In this document: positions 39,637-48,707 of the stretch, piece after piece
Layout: every line of letters begins with the position of its first letter
Position numbering within the stretch: the first letter of the stretch is position 1
Source of the DNA: Patescibacteria group bacterium UBA6017
Lineage (GTDB): Bacteria; Patescibacteriota; Saccharimonadia; UBA4664
Length of the DNA: 64,000 nucleotides
Direction: 5' to 3'
Assembly (NCBI GenBank): GCA_002429485.1
Contig: DIZX01000015.1
Location: 86,044-150,043 of the forward strand
The notes under the pieces: model-generated
The model's input: only the letters and a program-made list of their open reading frames with translations
The model's database searches: none
What the model was told of the DNA's origin: nothing
Made by a program: the position numbers and the translations under genes

Positions 39637-40077
39637 TTAGCGACCCGGCAGCATCAATCGCCACACCGTGGTCTCATCCCGCTGCACAAATCCCAGCTTC
39701 GCATACAGTTTATGAGCATCTTTACGCACCGTTTTTGAGGTAAGGTTGACCGATTCGGCCTCAAATGGAGCCTCACCAATCGCGGTGCGCATGAGCTGGG
39801 TGGCTATTCCCTGCCCCCGAAAGGCCTTATCCACTACGTAATCTTCGATCCAAGACTTAATCCGGCGCGGTTGGTATACGTCTACCCGTTGCACCATTCC
39901 ACGGATCACCCCGTCTACCCGTGCCACATACAGGCTTCCCGCCATTTGCACAATCTGGTCAAGCCGCTCCAAGTCCAGATTCTTGGCCTCGAGCGACAGC
40001 TGCGGCAGCAAATGATTAATCTGCTCAACTGCCTCGGGTGTTGCCTCGGTCAAAATTTCGATTACTACTTCAGCCAT
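39637..40077 (-). CDS. GNAT family N-acetyltransferase
   Basis: IEDYVVD..FRGQGIA, LTS, AHKLY.KLGF. Confidence 0.9.
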   Translation of the reverse strand: MAEVVIEILTEATPEAVEQINHLLPQLSLEAKNLDLERLDQIVQMAGSLYVARVDGVIRGMVQRVDVYQPRRIKSWIEDYVVDKAFRGQGIATQLMRTAIGEAPFEAESVNLTSKTVRKDAHKLYAKLGFVQRDETTVWRLMLPGR

Positions 40078-40171
40078 TAATTACCCTTCATTGCATCGAT
40101 CCTATCATATAAACTGGCAATTCTAAGTCAAGCTCCTTGAACTACTAATTGATTCAACCTGGTTTAGGGCC

Positions 40172-40885
40172 CTATCTGTACTCCGGATTCTCAAAATCAA
40201 ACCGAGCTCCAGCATCCCATTCCCGGCGTTGGTTGCCATAGGCTGGGATACCCCCGCTGTCCTTCAGCAGCTTTGCCATGTGCAACAGGTTCCACGCCAT
40301 AAAAGTGGTGTTTCGATTAGTAAAGTCGTTCTCGGGTCCCCCCGAACCCTCATCCAGATATGACGGCCCCGGACCCGCCTCTCCGATCCATCCCGCATCT
40401 GCCTGAGGAGGAATAGTATAGCCAAGGTGCTGTAGGCTGTACAACAAGTTCATTGCACAATGTTTCACCCCGTCCTCGTTCCCGGTAATTATGCATCCTC
40501 CTACTCGGCCGTAGTACGCGTACTGCCCTGCCGCATTCAACTCACTCGATCCCCCGTACAGCCGCTCCACCACCCGCTTCATCACTGAGCTGTTATCCCC
40601 GAGCCAAATCGGCCCGCACAGCACCAAAATATCGGCCGCCATCACCTTTTTCGCGATCTGAGGCCACTCATCGGTTTTCCAGCCATGTTCGCGCATATCC
40701 GGCCACACTCCGGTCGCAATGTCATGATCCACCGCCCGAATTACCTCGGTTTTCACCCCGTGCTTATCCATGATTGCCCGGCTTTTCTCGAGCAAACCGT
40801 CGGTATTGCTCACTTCCGGCGACTTTTTCAATGTCGCATTGATAAATACCGCACTCAGACCGGAAAAATCGTAACTCTTCATCAT
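40172..40885 (-). CDS. flavodoxin/NADPH-dependent FMN reductase family protein
   Basis: NATLKKSPEVSNT, ADILVLCGPIWLG, TGNEDG, GPGPSY. Confidence 0.88.
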   Translation of the reverse strand: MMKSYDFSGLSAVFINATLKKSPEVSNTDGLLEKSRAIMDKHGVKTEVIRAVDHDIATGVWPDMREHGWKTDEWPQIAKKVMAADILVLCGPIWLGDNSSVMKRVVERLYGGSSELNAAGQYAYYGRVGGCIITGNEDGVKHCAMNLLYSLQHLGYTIPPQADAGWIGEAGPGPSYLDEGSGGPENDFTNRNTTFMAWNLLHMAKLLKDSGGIPAYGNQRREWDAGARFDFENPEYR

Positions 40886-40995
40886 TTCAACTCCTGCATT
40901 ACCATTAGGAATCGAATGTCTCACGATTTAACAGCAAAAACATCTGATATTTCTACCATTCAATATCCCCGGCCCAGCCAAACCCGGTATCGCCT

Positions 40996-41235
40996 CTAGT
41001 GCGATACCGGGTTTGGAAGCCAGAAAGCGGGCTGGTCAATCGACCGCCCTGGATCGAGCCCAAACCTTTCCAGAATGCCTAATGCCAATCTGAGCGGAGC
41101 AACAACAAAGTTCAATGCTGCATTGAACCACATACAACCCTCCTCTCGTCGATTTCGAGCTTCCGAAACTACCCTAACAAACAACTCCGAGGCAGACTTC
41201 GACCATAGCACCAGATTTCCTGGTACTTTCTTCAA
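40996..41235 (-). CDS. small hypothetical protein
   Basis: 79-aa ORF downstream of tRNA-Asp; start uncertain. Confidence 0.3.
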   Translation of the reverse strand: MKKVPGNLVLWSKSASELFVRVVSEARNRREEGCMWFNAALNFVVAPLRLALGILERFGLDPGRSIDQPAFWLPNPVSH

Positions 41236-41325
41236 TCAATTTGGCATGATGCCAACCCCGTACCCCGATGATCTCAACCGGTACCTCAACATGAAAAAAG
41301 CGCCACTTGCGTGACGCACTTTTCA

Positions 41326-41401
41326 TGGCGGGCTCGACCGGTTTCGAACCGGCGATCTCCTCCGTGACAGGGAGGCGTGATAACCACTTCACTACGAGCC
41401 C
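41326..41401 (-). tRNA. tRNA-Asp(GTC)
   Basis: GGGCTCG...loop CTGTCAC...GTTCGAAA...CCA. Confidence 0.95.
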
Positions 41402-41493
41402 ATAGGTTTAAAACCTCGTAATCCTACCATCTAACCCCGCCCCGAGCAAGACTTGGCGACGTCATGCCGCACTATCTTGCTCGGGGCTAGTGT

Positions 41494-42645
41494 TTAGGCC
41501 TTGATGTATTTGTTGATCTTGGCCTTCTTGAGCTCACCGGCAAAGTACTCGGTGAAGTCGACCGTCTTGATCAAAATGTGCTGCGCGTGAATCGATCCGT
41601 CGTCTTTCTTCTCGATGACCTTGATGATCTCGAAGCCATACTGATCTTTGATCGGATCGGACACCTGACCGGGCTGCAATGCCTCTGCTGCCTTCTGTAG
41701 CTCGTCTGGGAGCTGTCCTTTGGTGAAGAAGCCCAGATCGCCGCCGCCGGCCGCGTCGGACGCCTGTGAGTTCTTCTTGGCCGCTTCAGTGAAGTCGCCG
41801 CCTGCCTTGATGTCTTTGAGGACGTTCTGCGCCTTAGTTTTGGCGGCAGCGGTCACGGCCGGGTCGGAAGTCACTTTGTCTTCCAGGTTCTTGGCCAGCA
41901 ATTGCTTATATACCACGTTCTTGAGATCACCAATGTTCCAACCGTAGATCTGATTTAGAGTCTTGAGCAGGGTATCCTTGCCGCCGTAGCGCTGGTAAAG
42001 CTGATTAATTAGATCATTTACCTCTTTGTCGGTCACCTTGACCTTCTTGGCAGAAGCAATCTGAGCCGTCAGCGAGTCGCTGGCCAGCTTGTCGAGCGCG
42101 TGCTCCTTGATCTGTACTACCAATTTCTTGCCGTCGGCCGAATTGAAATCCACTGCCGGCTGATTGTTGAGTTTGGCATTGTTCTGGTAGGCGCGCTTAT
42201 TGGCATCGACTTCAAACAGATACGACTTATAGGTCACGAAATGTCCGTTCACACGCTCAACCGGGTAAGGCACCACCGATGCCACTGCTTTTACAGCCGG
42301 GTTTTCGCTGCGATAGGCATAAATCAATACACCGAATATCACTACTACTACGGCCACAAGGCTAATTGTTATCGCCGCTGCCTTGATGGCGATACTGCGG
42401 ATGTCGCGCACCTTGACGGGCTCAATTACCGGGCTGGCTGCATCTTCGGTCTTCTCAGCCACCGGCTCAGGAGTTACGGGCTTGTCTGCCTCGACCACTT
42501 TAGGAGCCGCCTTCTGAGTTTTTTCGACTTTTTCGGCCTTCTTTACCTTCGGTGCATCTGCCGATTTGGCTGGCGCCTTAGGCTTTTTTAACGGATCTAA
42601 TTCCTTGGACTCGTCCTTGGCAACCTTGTCATTATTACTCGGCAA
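41494..42645 (-). CDS. PrsA/SurA-like parvulin peptidyl-prolyl isomerase
   Basis: TM anchor, SurA N-domain, F...AK..S.....GGDLGF, GQVS.PI...YGF.IIKV, HILI. Confidence 0.9.
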   Translation of the reverse strand: MPSNNDKVAKDESKELDPLKKPKAPAKSADAPKVKKAEKVEKTQKAAPKVVEADKPVTPEPVAEKTEDAASPVIEPVKVRDIRSIAIKAAAITISLVAVVVVIFGVLIYAYRSENPAVKAVASVVPYPVERVNGHFVTYKSYLFEVDANKRAYQNNAKLNNQPAVDFNSADGKKLVVQIKEHALDKLASDSLTAQIASAKKVKVTDKEVNDLINQLYQRYGGKDTLLKTLNQIYGWNIGDLKNVVYKQLLAKNLEDKVTSDPAVTAAAKTKAQNVLKDIKAGGDFTEAAKKNSQASDAAGGGDLGFFTKGQLPDELQKAAEALQPGQVSDPIKDQYGFEIIKVIEKKDDGSIHAQHILIKTVDFTEYFAGELKKAKINKYIKA

Positions 42646-42720
42646 AACAAACTCCTCATCTCGAGCCTACCCATCGGGTAAGTTCGGTAATTATATGGTT
42701 ATAATGCTAACTTAGATCAC

Positions 42721-43260
42721 TCACTGTGTCGACCCACCGCCACCCCGACGAACCGCATCCAGGAGCTGGGAATGTATCTCTGCCGGCTTGTGGATCGTCT
42801 TCATCTCCAGATCGCCAACGTATGTCCGAACCGTAATATCACCGAAGCCAAACAGCACCGCCTGAAAGCCCGCAATGTGATAATTCACGTTCGAAATCAC
42901 ATCAAGTTGCCACTCATCTACTTTGCGATCAAAAAAGCCTTTTTGTTTGATTACCAGTATTCTGCGGCTGGTTACCAGATACACCGTATAATACCAACCC
43001 ACCCAGCGATAAAACCAGCCAAAAAACACCACTGCCACCGCTACCCACACCAGTTTCAGCAGTGCCCCGGGAAGCCAATCAACGGAGTAGATTTGCTGGA
43101 AATCCAGTGGCAGCACGGCCACCAGAATAATTAGCAGCCCGCCAATGAGTGCCTTGCGCATCACCAGCGGGTGCTGCCTAAACACCAGCTCCACGGTTTC
43201 ACCCTCGAGCTGGCCGGGAAATTCCTTCGGCGCCGCTTTGGTGGAGTTGTTATTGCTCAT
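42721..43260 (-). CDS. bacterial PH-domain membrane protein
   Basis: GE.V..V.RQHP, two TMs, YLVT.RRI....KGFF, FGDI.V.T. Confidence 0.8.
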   Translation of the reverse strand: MSNNNSTKAAPKEFPGQLEGETVELVFRQHPLVMRKALIGGLLIILVAVLPLDFQQIYSVDWLPGALLKLVWVAVAVVFFGWFYRWVGWYYTVYLVTSRRILVIKQKGFFDRKVDEWQLDVISNVNYHIAGFQAVLFGFGDITVRTYVGDLEMKTIHKPAEIHSQLLDAVRRGGGGSTQ

Positions 43261-43468
43261 GCTTAGATTGTATCATTGAGAGTAGTTACGGGTGCAACTT
43301 CACATATGCTACGAAGTTCAAGGCAGCCTCTCGGGATATACGCGCTGCGTCATCTCCAGAGGCTGCCTTGAGTTCCACCGGTCTAAGTGCTGCACCCGCA
43401 CACTTCGTCTGATGAAACCTGTCGCGCACCGTGTGCGACTGACAATCAAGCAGTAGAGAGGCCCGAAA

Positions 43469-43834
43469 ATGAACTCCTGTGGGGATGATACTATCCCGGT
43501 CGAACCGATCTTCGACTGCAATGCTCAATTTCCGCTGTCCAGCGCTCTTCACTCGTTGGGCGACGATCTTGTCGGCATTGGCAACGACACCGGCAAAATC
43601 CTGGTCTTCGACCGCATCTACCTGGAGGATCTCATCAAGCAGATCAAGCAGGGCGCCACCGGCAACTTCTCTGGCATCATCCAGATCGAGAAGAGTTCCG
43701 AGCGACACTACATCTTGTTCCTGGTCCACTGCCCGGACCGTCAGATCGAGATCACCGCACCGGAGGTCAAGCATTTCCTCGAGGACGCCCGAAAGGGTGC
43801 TTTCGACAAAGTCCTCCAGGACGCCGCCGCCTAG
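43469..43834 (+). CDS. hypothetical protein, possible SsgA-like
   Basis: 121 aa, gagagg RBS, GC3-rich; IPVE..FD...P, VFDR.YL.D, CPD....I.APEV..FL pattern. Confidence 0.5.
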   Translation: MNSCGDDTIPVEPIFDCNAQFPLSSALHSLGDDLVGIGNDTGKILVFDRIYLEDLIKQIKQGATGNFSGIIQIEKSSERHYILFLVHCPDRQIEITAPEVKHFLEDARKGAFDKVLQDAAA

Positions 43835-43886
43835 GGCTCACCACCCAACCCCGTTCATCCGGACCTCTCAACATCAGGGCAACCTA

Positions 43887-43926
43887 ACGGAACCTGGGTG
43901 GCATCACGCCGCCACTCAGGTTCCGT
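43887..43926 (+). terminator. 16-bp hairpin after the SsgA-like gene
   Basis: acggaacctgggtggc/gccactcaggttccgt. Confidence 0.65.
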
Positions 43927-43955
43927 ACCCAATCTTCAGCTATAATACAAAACAT

Positions 43956-44031
43956 GCCTCAGTAGCTCAGTGGATAGAGCGTCTCCGTCCTAAGGAGAGC
44001 GTCGGGGGTTCGATTCCCTCCTGGGGCACCA
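43956..44031 (+). tRNA. tRNA-Arg(CCT)
   Basis: GCCTCAG...loop GTCCTAA...GTTCGATT...CCA; TATAAT upstream; terminator 44036-44061. Confidence 0.93.
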
Positions 44032-44584
44032 TAATAAAAACACCGCTCATTGCGGTGTTTTTATTATGCATATCAATGGAATCGGTGAAGCGAAGCGGAA
44101 GTTGCGAAGCAACCAGGTCACCGGTTCGGCCGTAGGGTCGCGCAGCGACATTGCCGACTGGGGCACCAGAGCGTTAAACCCAGGCACAAGGGATTCGCAG
44201 CTACCGTTAAGTAACTGCGATAATGCTGGATGTGGGGCAGAGCTGAATCCGCCCCACATCCTTGCAGGCAACTCTACTCTCCCCTTTTTTGCTCCCGGGC
44301 GGTCCGACGCCTGTTGGCGTCCAACTTGCCCAACTGCTCTTTGAGCCTTACCGCCGGAGTCTTCTTCGCGAGCCACTTTCCCGCATTGCGGCCGGCCTCA
44401 ATCATTCTCTCTTCCGATGATTTAGCCACCATCTTCTCCTTCCATAGTTCGCCCGCTGATTCGAACGAAAGTTTGGGGTGAAAGTTCGGGGTAAAGCTAC
44501 TAAAATTCTACCGCCACAGCTCGACGATTTACAGCACGACCATTTCATCAAACATGGGATGCCCCATGTGCTTTATCGATATTC

Positions 44585-45013
44585 CTAGCTCAGGACCCTA
44601 TCGATATCCGATTGATCAAGATATTTATACGAGACTCGATCGTCTGTATAATGCCGAGTCCGGTAGATTTTTCGATCCTTTATCTCACACACAGCAACAA
44701 CAGGCGTACGAAAGCGCTTGCCATTAGTGACATCGGTATAACTCTCCACGAACTCCACCATCACTACCTGCCTTACCGCATCAGCAGCCGCATAAACAAA
44801 TTGATACTCCCTATCGGAAATTTGAAAGGTTCGTTTAATAAGATTACGCACCTGCTCGCCTTCTACAGTGCGAAAAACTGCGCCGTCCGGGCCAATATTC
44901 ATCTCTGTAACCCTGAAATCAGGATGTAGCAAAGCAATACCATCTTCCGGGTTGCTTGTGCGCTCAGATTCAAATGACGCCATAACTAAATCGATAAGTT
45001 CTTGTTCTGTCAT
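44585..45013 (-). CDS. NTF2/SnoaL-like fold protein (paralog 2)
   Basis: LHPDF, VMVEFVESY, VCEIKDRKIYRTRHYTD. Confidence 0.85.
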   Translation of the reverse strand: MTEQELIDLVMASFESERTSNPEDGIALLHPDFRVTEMNIGPDGAVFRTVEGEQVRNLIKRTFQISDREYQFVYAAADAVRQVVMVEFVESYTDVTNGKRFRTPVVAVCEIKDRKIYRTRHYTDDRVSYKYLDQSDIDRVLS

Positions 45014-45131
45014 ACCCCCATACTACCCCATAAAATGGAGCAGGCCCCGGAAGTAGCCAAAACTACCTCCAGAGCCTAACAACCAAAACAAGAACTATTG
45101 TGAATGGCATCATATTGCCGAATTGTAGACG

Positions 45132-45560
45132 TTAGCCAAGTACACCATCGATGGTAGAGGTATCGAGATACAGGTCGGACAGTCGATCGTCTGTGTAGTG
45201 CCGCGTCCGGTATATCTTGCCGTCGCGTACCACGCAGACCGCCACAATTGGAGTTCTGTACCGCTTTCCGGTCACAGTATCCGTGTAGCTCTCGACGAAT
45301 TCAACCATCACCACTTGGGCCTCCTCGTCGGCCAACACGTGTACGATCTCGTATTCACGATCAGAAATCTGAAAAGCACTTCTGATCAGATTTCGTACGT
45401 TGCTCCCCGCCAGGGAACGAAATACCGTACCGTCCGGTCCAATGTTCATTTCGGTAGACCGAAATTCCGGATGAAGCAGGGATAAACCTCCAGCTACGTT
45501 CCCCTCTCTCTCGAATGTGAATGACGCCATGACAAGCTCCACAAGCTCTTTTTTGGTCAT
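45132..45560 (-). CDS. NTF2/SnoaL-like fold protein (paralog 1)
   Basis: same 142-aa length and motifs as 44585-45013. Confidence 0.85.
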   Translation of the reverse strand: MTKKELVELVMASFTFEREGNVAGGLSLLHPEFRSTEMNIGPDGTVFRSLAGSNVRNLIRSAFQISDREYEIVHVLADEEAQVVMVEFVESYTDTVTGKRYRTPIVAVCVVRDGKIYRTRHYTDDRLSDLYLDTSTIDGVLG

Positions 45561-45589
45561 ATCTATATATTAATGCATAAAAATGAAAT

Positions 45590-45631
45590 GAGACTCGGGA
45601 GCAGCGCAAATGCGCGCTGCTCCCGAGTCTC
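45590..45631 (-). terminator. 18-bp perfect hairpin downstream of the 238-aa gene
   Basis: gagactcgggagcagcgc/gcgctgctcccgagtctc. Confidence 0.75.
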
Positions 45632-45689
45632 TTAGGACCATCCAGTCAGCCCGAAGGCTTCAGGATTGATCCCGCGATCGCACCCGCCG

Positions 45690-46406
45690 CTAGGCGGTGG
45701 TGACGACCGTGTTGCGCTCGACGATGGCGACCTCGCCGGCGTTGGACATCAGGCCGGGAGCCTTCGTGCCCTTGAGGTAGGTCTCCGTGGAGATGAGCGC
45801 CGTGACGTGCCAGGCGGTCAGGACCTCGTTGAACTTCGTCAGAGCGAAGGCGAAGGCCTGCCGGAACGGACGCCGGTTGGCCTCCACCGAAGCCCAGAAC
45901 AGCCCCTGAAGACCCTCGTGATCACGCATCTCGGCCGTGAGACCCGACAGCACCTCGAGGGAATCCTGGAGCGACTCGATCATCTCGAGGTAGCGCCTGA
46001 AGACCGCCGTGTAGCTGCCCTCGCGGAGAACCTCGATGATGTCGCGGGCCGCCTTGGCATCCGGCACCAGACCGGCAGCCACGAGCTCGGCGTAGAACGC
46101 GTCGAGATCGAGCGATGTCGTGGGTTCGAACGGTTCGTAGTCCCCCACGGACATCACGCCGATGAGCTGCTTGACGTAGCTCGAGCAGACCCCGAGCTGA
46201 CCGCTTGCGGCCTCGAAGTTGGTCACAGCCAGACCGAGATGACCTCGTCCTGCGCCGTAGCTCAGTGCTTCGTCCGTCATGATCGCATCCTCGACAACAG
46301 CGTTGCCGGCGAAGAACGACGCGAGTGCCTGTGACAGCGCTCGCTCGGCCGGAACCGTGAACTTCTTGCTGGCGTTGCTCGTGGGGTTGTGATCGATACC
46401 ACCCAT
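45690..46406 (-). CDS. hypothetical alpha-helical protein, GC3-rich
   Basis: 238-aa ORF with aagggg RBS, 35 nt after the ABC-F stop. Confidence 0.75.
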   Translation of the reverse strand: MGGIDHNPTSNASKKFTVPAERALSQALASFFAGNAVVEDAIMTDEALSYGAGRGHLGLAVTNFEAASGQLGVCSSYVKQLIGVMSVGDYEPFEPTTSLDLDAFYAELVAAGLVPDAKAARDIIEVLREGSYTAVFRRYLEMIESLQDSLEVLSGLTAEMRDHEGLQGLFWASVEANRRPFRQAFAFALTKFNEVLTAWHVTALISTETYLKGTKAPGLMSNAGEVAIVERNTVVTTA

Positions 46407-46441
46407 AATGCACCCCTTTCCAAGGGTTTTGATGCGGTGTG

Positions 46442-48079
46442 CTACAGAAGGGCGTAGCTCCCCTGTGTTACCTTTCCATTCTCCACCTCGAAGACCGTCG
46501 TAACCCCGATTCGCTCGAGGAATTCGCGGTCATGAGAGACCACGATAACGGTCCCTGAGTACCCCATCAACGCAGCTTCGAGCTGCTCCTGGGCCTCAAG
46601 ATCGAGATGGTTGGTCGGCTCGTCCAGGACGAGCAGATTGGGGCCTTTCGCCATCAAAGCGGCCAGCATCAGCCGGGCACGCTCTCCAGGCGAAAGACTC
46701 CCGATAGGACGCAAGACATCGTCAGCAGTTAAATCGAACTTGGCCAGAAGTGTCCTGGCTTCGCTTTCATCCACCCCGCCGACCTCGCGCATCAACGCTT
46801 CAAGTGCGTTGCCGCACTCCAGCATCGAGCGCTGGTCTTGGTCCATCTTGCCTAGATGTACTCCTTCCCCTAGACGGATTCGGCCGGTCTCGGGAGAGAT
46901 CCGACCAGTCATGAGAGCCGCAAGCGTTGTTTTGCCGGATCCATTGGGTCCGATAATCGCAACTCGCTGCCCAGAATTGATCTCAAGCGACGCTGGTCCA
47001 AAACGAAAATCCGAGCCCGGGTATGAAACCGTGCACTCATCAAGCCGCAGTACCTGCTCGCCGCTGCGCGATGCCGCCGTCAGCTGAAGCCGAAGCTCCC
47101 AGCTTTTTGGAGGCTGTGCCACAACGGTCAGTCGCTCAAGTGCTTTTACCGCTCGGCGCTTGTCGCCGGCAGCACTACTGGCCCCACGAGCTGCACGATG
47201 GTTTGCGCTCAACTTGTCGTTGTCGCTAGACCTACCGGCACCGCGCGAAACCTCCTTGCTAGCCCGCGTCACAGTCGCCTGCAAACGCTTCACCTCATCG
47301 AGGTAGTCGCTATACTGCCGCGATCCTGCCGCTAACGCCTTCGCTCGTGACTCCCGGTACTGGGCGTAACCCATCCCGTAGAGCACCAGCTCGCGCGTAT
47401 TGGCATCAATCTCAGCGACAGCAGAAACAGTGCGGTCGAGAAACCGCCTGTCGTGCGACACAATGAGCATCGAAGCCGGCGATATCTGAACGAACTCCTC
47501 GAGGAGGGCCAGGCCCTCCAGATCAAGGTTATTCGTCGGTTCATCGAGCAGTAAAACATCAAACCTGGAGAGCAAGATGCCCGCCAGGCCGATCTTCACC
47601 TGCTGGCCGCCCGAAAGTTCGCCGAACGTACGAGACGTCAACGATATCGGTAGCCCCAGCTTCTCAAACGCCTTGTTGAGGTTGGTATCAAACTCGTAGC
47701 CGCCAAGCGCTTGGTAGTGCTCAATGGTGTCAGAGAAAGTTTGAATGCTTGCCATCTCGGTCGGAGAAGTCCCCGCGAAAGATGACATCACATTCTCAAG
47801 CTCAAGTAGGCCCACTCGACGCTTCAGATTATCCAGCACCAACTCATCGTTGATAGCTGAGTAATCCTGCGGCACGTAGCTCACAGTCTCGCCTTCGCGA
47901 TACTGCACAGTGCCATGCGAGAGCTCAATAAGTCCGGCCATAGCCTTGAGCAAAGTGCTCTTACCGGCACCGTTAGGGCCGAGAAGTCCGACCTTTTCGC
48001 CGGATGCGATCGACAAGCTGACATCAGAGATGACAGCTTGTCCGCCGAAACGAACAGTTACATCGCTGATGGCAGTCAT
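46442..48079 (-). CDS. ABC-F family ATPase (ribosome-associated)
   Basis: two NBDs (GPNGAGKS/LSGGQ/LDEPTN; GPNGSGKT/LSPGE/LDEPTNHLD), no TM, extended linker with DNDK. Confidence 0.93.
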   Translation of the reverse strand: MTAISDVTVRFGGQAVISDVSLSIASGEKVGLLGPNGAGKSTLLKAMAGLIELSHGTVQYREGETVSYVPQDYSAINDELVLDNLKRRVGLLELENVMSSFAGTSPTEMASIQTFSDTIEHYQALGGYEFDTNLNKAFEKLGLPISLTSRTFGELSGGQQVKIGLAGILLSRFDVLLLDEPTNNLDLEGLALLEEFVQISPASMLIVSHDRRFLDRTVSAVAEIDANTRELVLYGMGYAQYRESRAKALAAGSRQYSDYLDEVKRLQATVTRASKEVSRGAGRSSDNDKLSANHRAARGASSAAGDKRRAVKALERLTVVAQPPKSWELRLQLTAASRSGEQVLRLDECTVSYPGSDFRFGPASLEINSGQRVAIIGPNGSGKTTLAALMTGRISPETGRIRLGEGVHLGKMDQDQRSMLECGNALEALMREVGGVDESEARTLLAKFDLTADDVLRPIGSLSPGERARLMLAALMAKGPNLLVLDEPTNHLDLEAQEQLEAALMGYSGTVIVVSHDREFLERIGVTTVFEVENGKVTQGSYALL

Positions 48080-48216
48080 GGTAGTCGCCTCCGTGTCCTA
48101 GGGGAAAAATGGTACTCTTAGCTGTCAATCAAACTTAACAACAATAAGCAGAAATATTTAACCATATTTCACGAATAATTACAATACCATGTACCATGCT
48201 CGCGGTACTTTAACTC

Positions 48217-48705
48217 CTAGAAGCCGTGGTGCTTCTCTTGATCGATTTTGTAGCTATGCAGCTCTTTCTCGTCAAACCACAGCTTCAATTCCTGTTTGGC
48301 TTCATCCGAGTTACCCGAAGCATGAATCAAGTTGCGGATCCCCTGATCCTTAGAGTCGGTGTAGGCAAAGCTATGGTGTGCAAAGTCGCCCCGAATTGTG
48401 CCCGGTGCAGCCGATTTCGGCTCGGTACCACCCACTATGCGGCGCACATTCTCCACGGCCTCTACGCCCTCGAGAGCAATCGCCACTACTGGGCCTTCGG
48501 TCATCAAGTTCACCATATTATTGAGCACGTGCTCGCCGCGGCGTTCGGCCAGGTCAAAATAATGCTTTTTGGCAAAATCCTCGTCGATCCAGACCATCTT
48601 CATGCCGACAATCTTAAAGCCGACATCCTCAAAGCGCTGGAGCAGGCGCCCGACCAGTGATCGTTGCACGCCGTCCGGCTTTATGACAATTAGGGTTCGT
48701 TCCAT
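48217..48705 (-). CDS. ndk: nucleoside-diphosphate kinase
   Basis: ERTL..IKPDGVQR, PGTIRGD, NLIHAS. Confidence 0.96.
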   Translation of the reverse strand: MERTLIVIKPDGVQRSLVGRLLQRFEDVGFKIVGMKMVWIDEDFAKKHYFDLAERRGEHVLNNMVNLMTEGPVVAIALEGVEAVENVRRIVGGTEPKSAAPGTIRGDFAHHSFAYTDSKDQGIRNLIHASGNSDEAKQELKLWFDEKELHSYKIDQEKHHGF

Positions 48706-48707
48706 AG

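Noticed and set aside
42672-42690. atcgggtaagttcgg as a third copy of the GTTCGG direct repeat
   Set aside because: The first half-site is degenerate and the spacing differs from the 11-nt period of the two clear sites.
43956-48200. tRNA-Arg-anchored integrative island
   Set aside because: No duplicated tRNA 3' end (attR) and no integrase were found; the same holds for the tRNA-Val region around arc.
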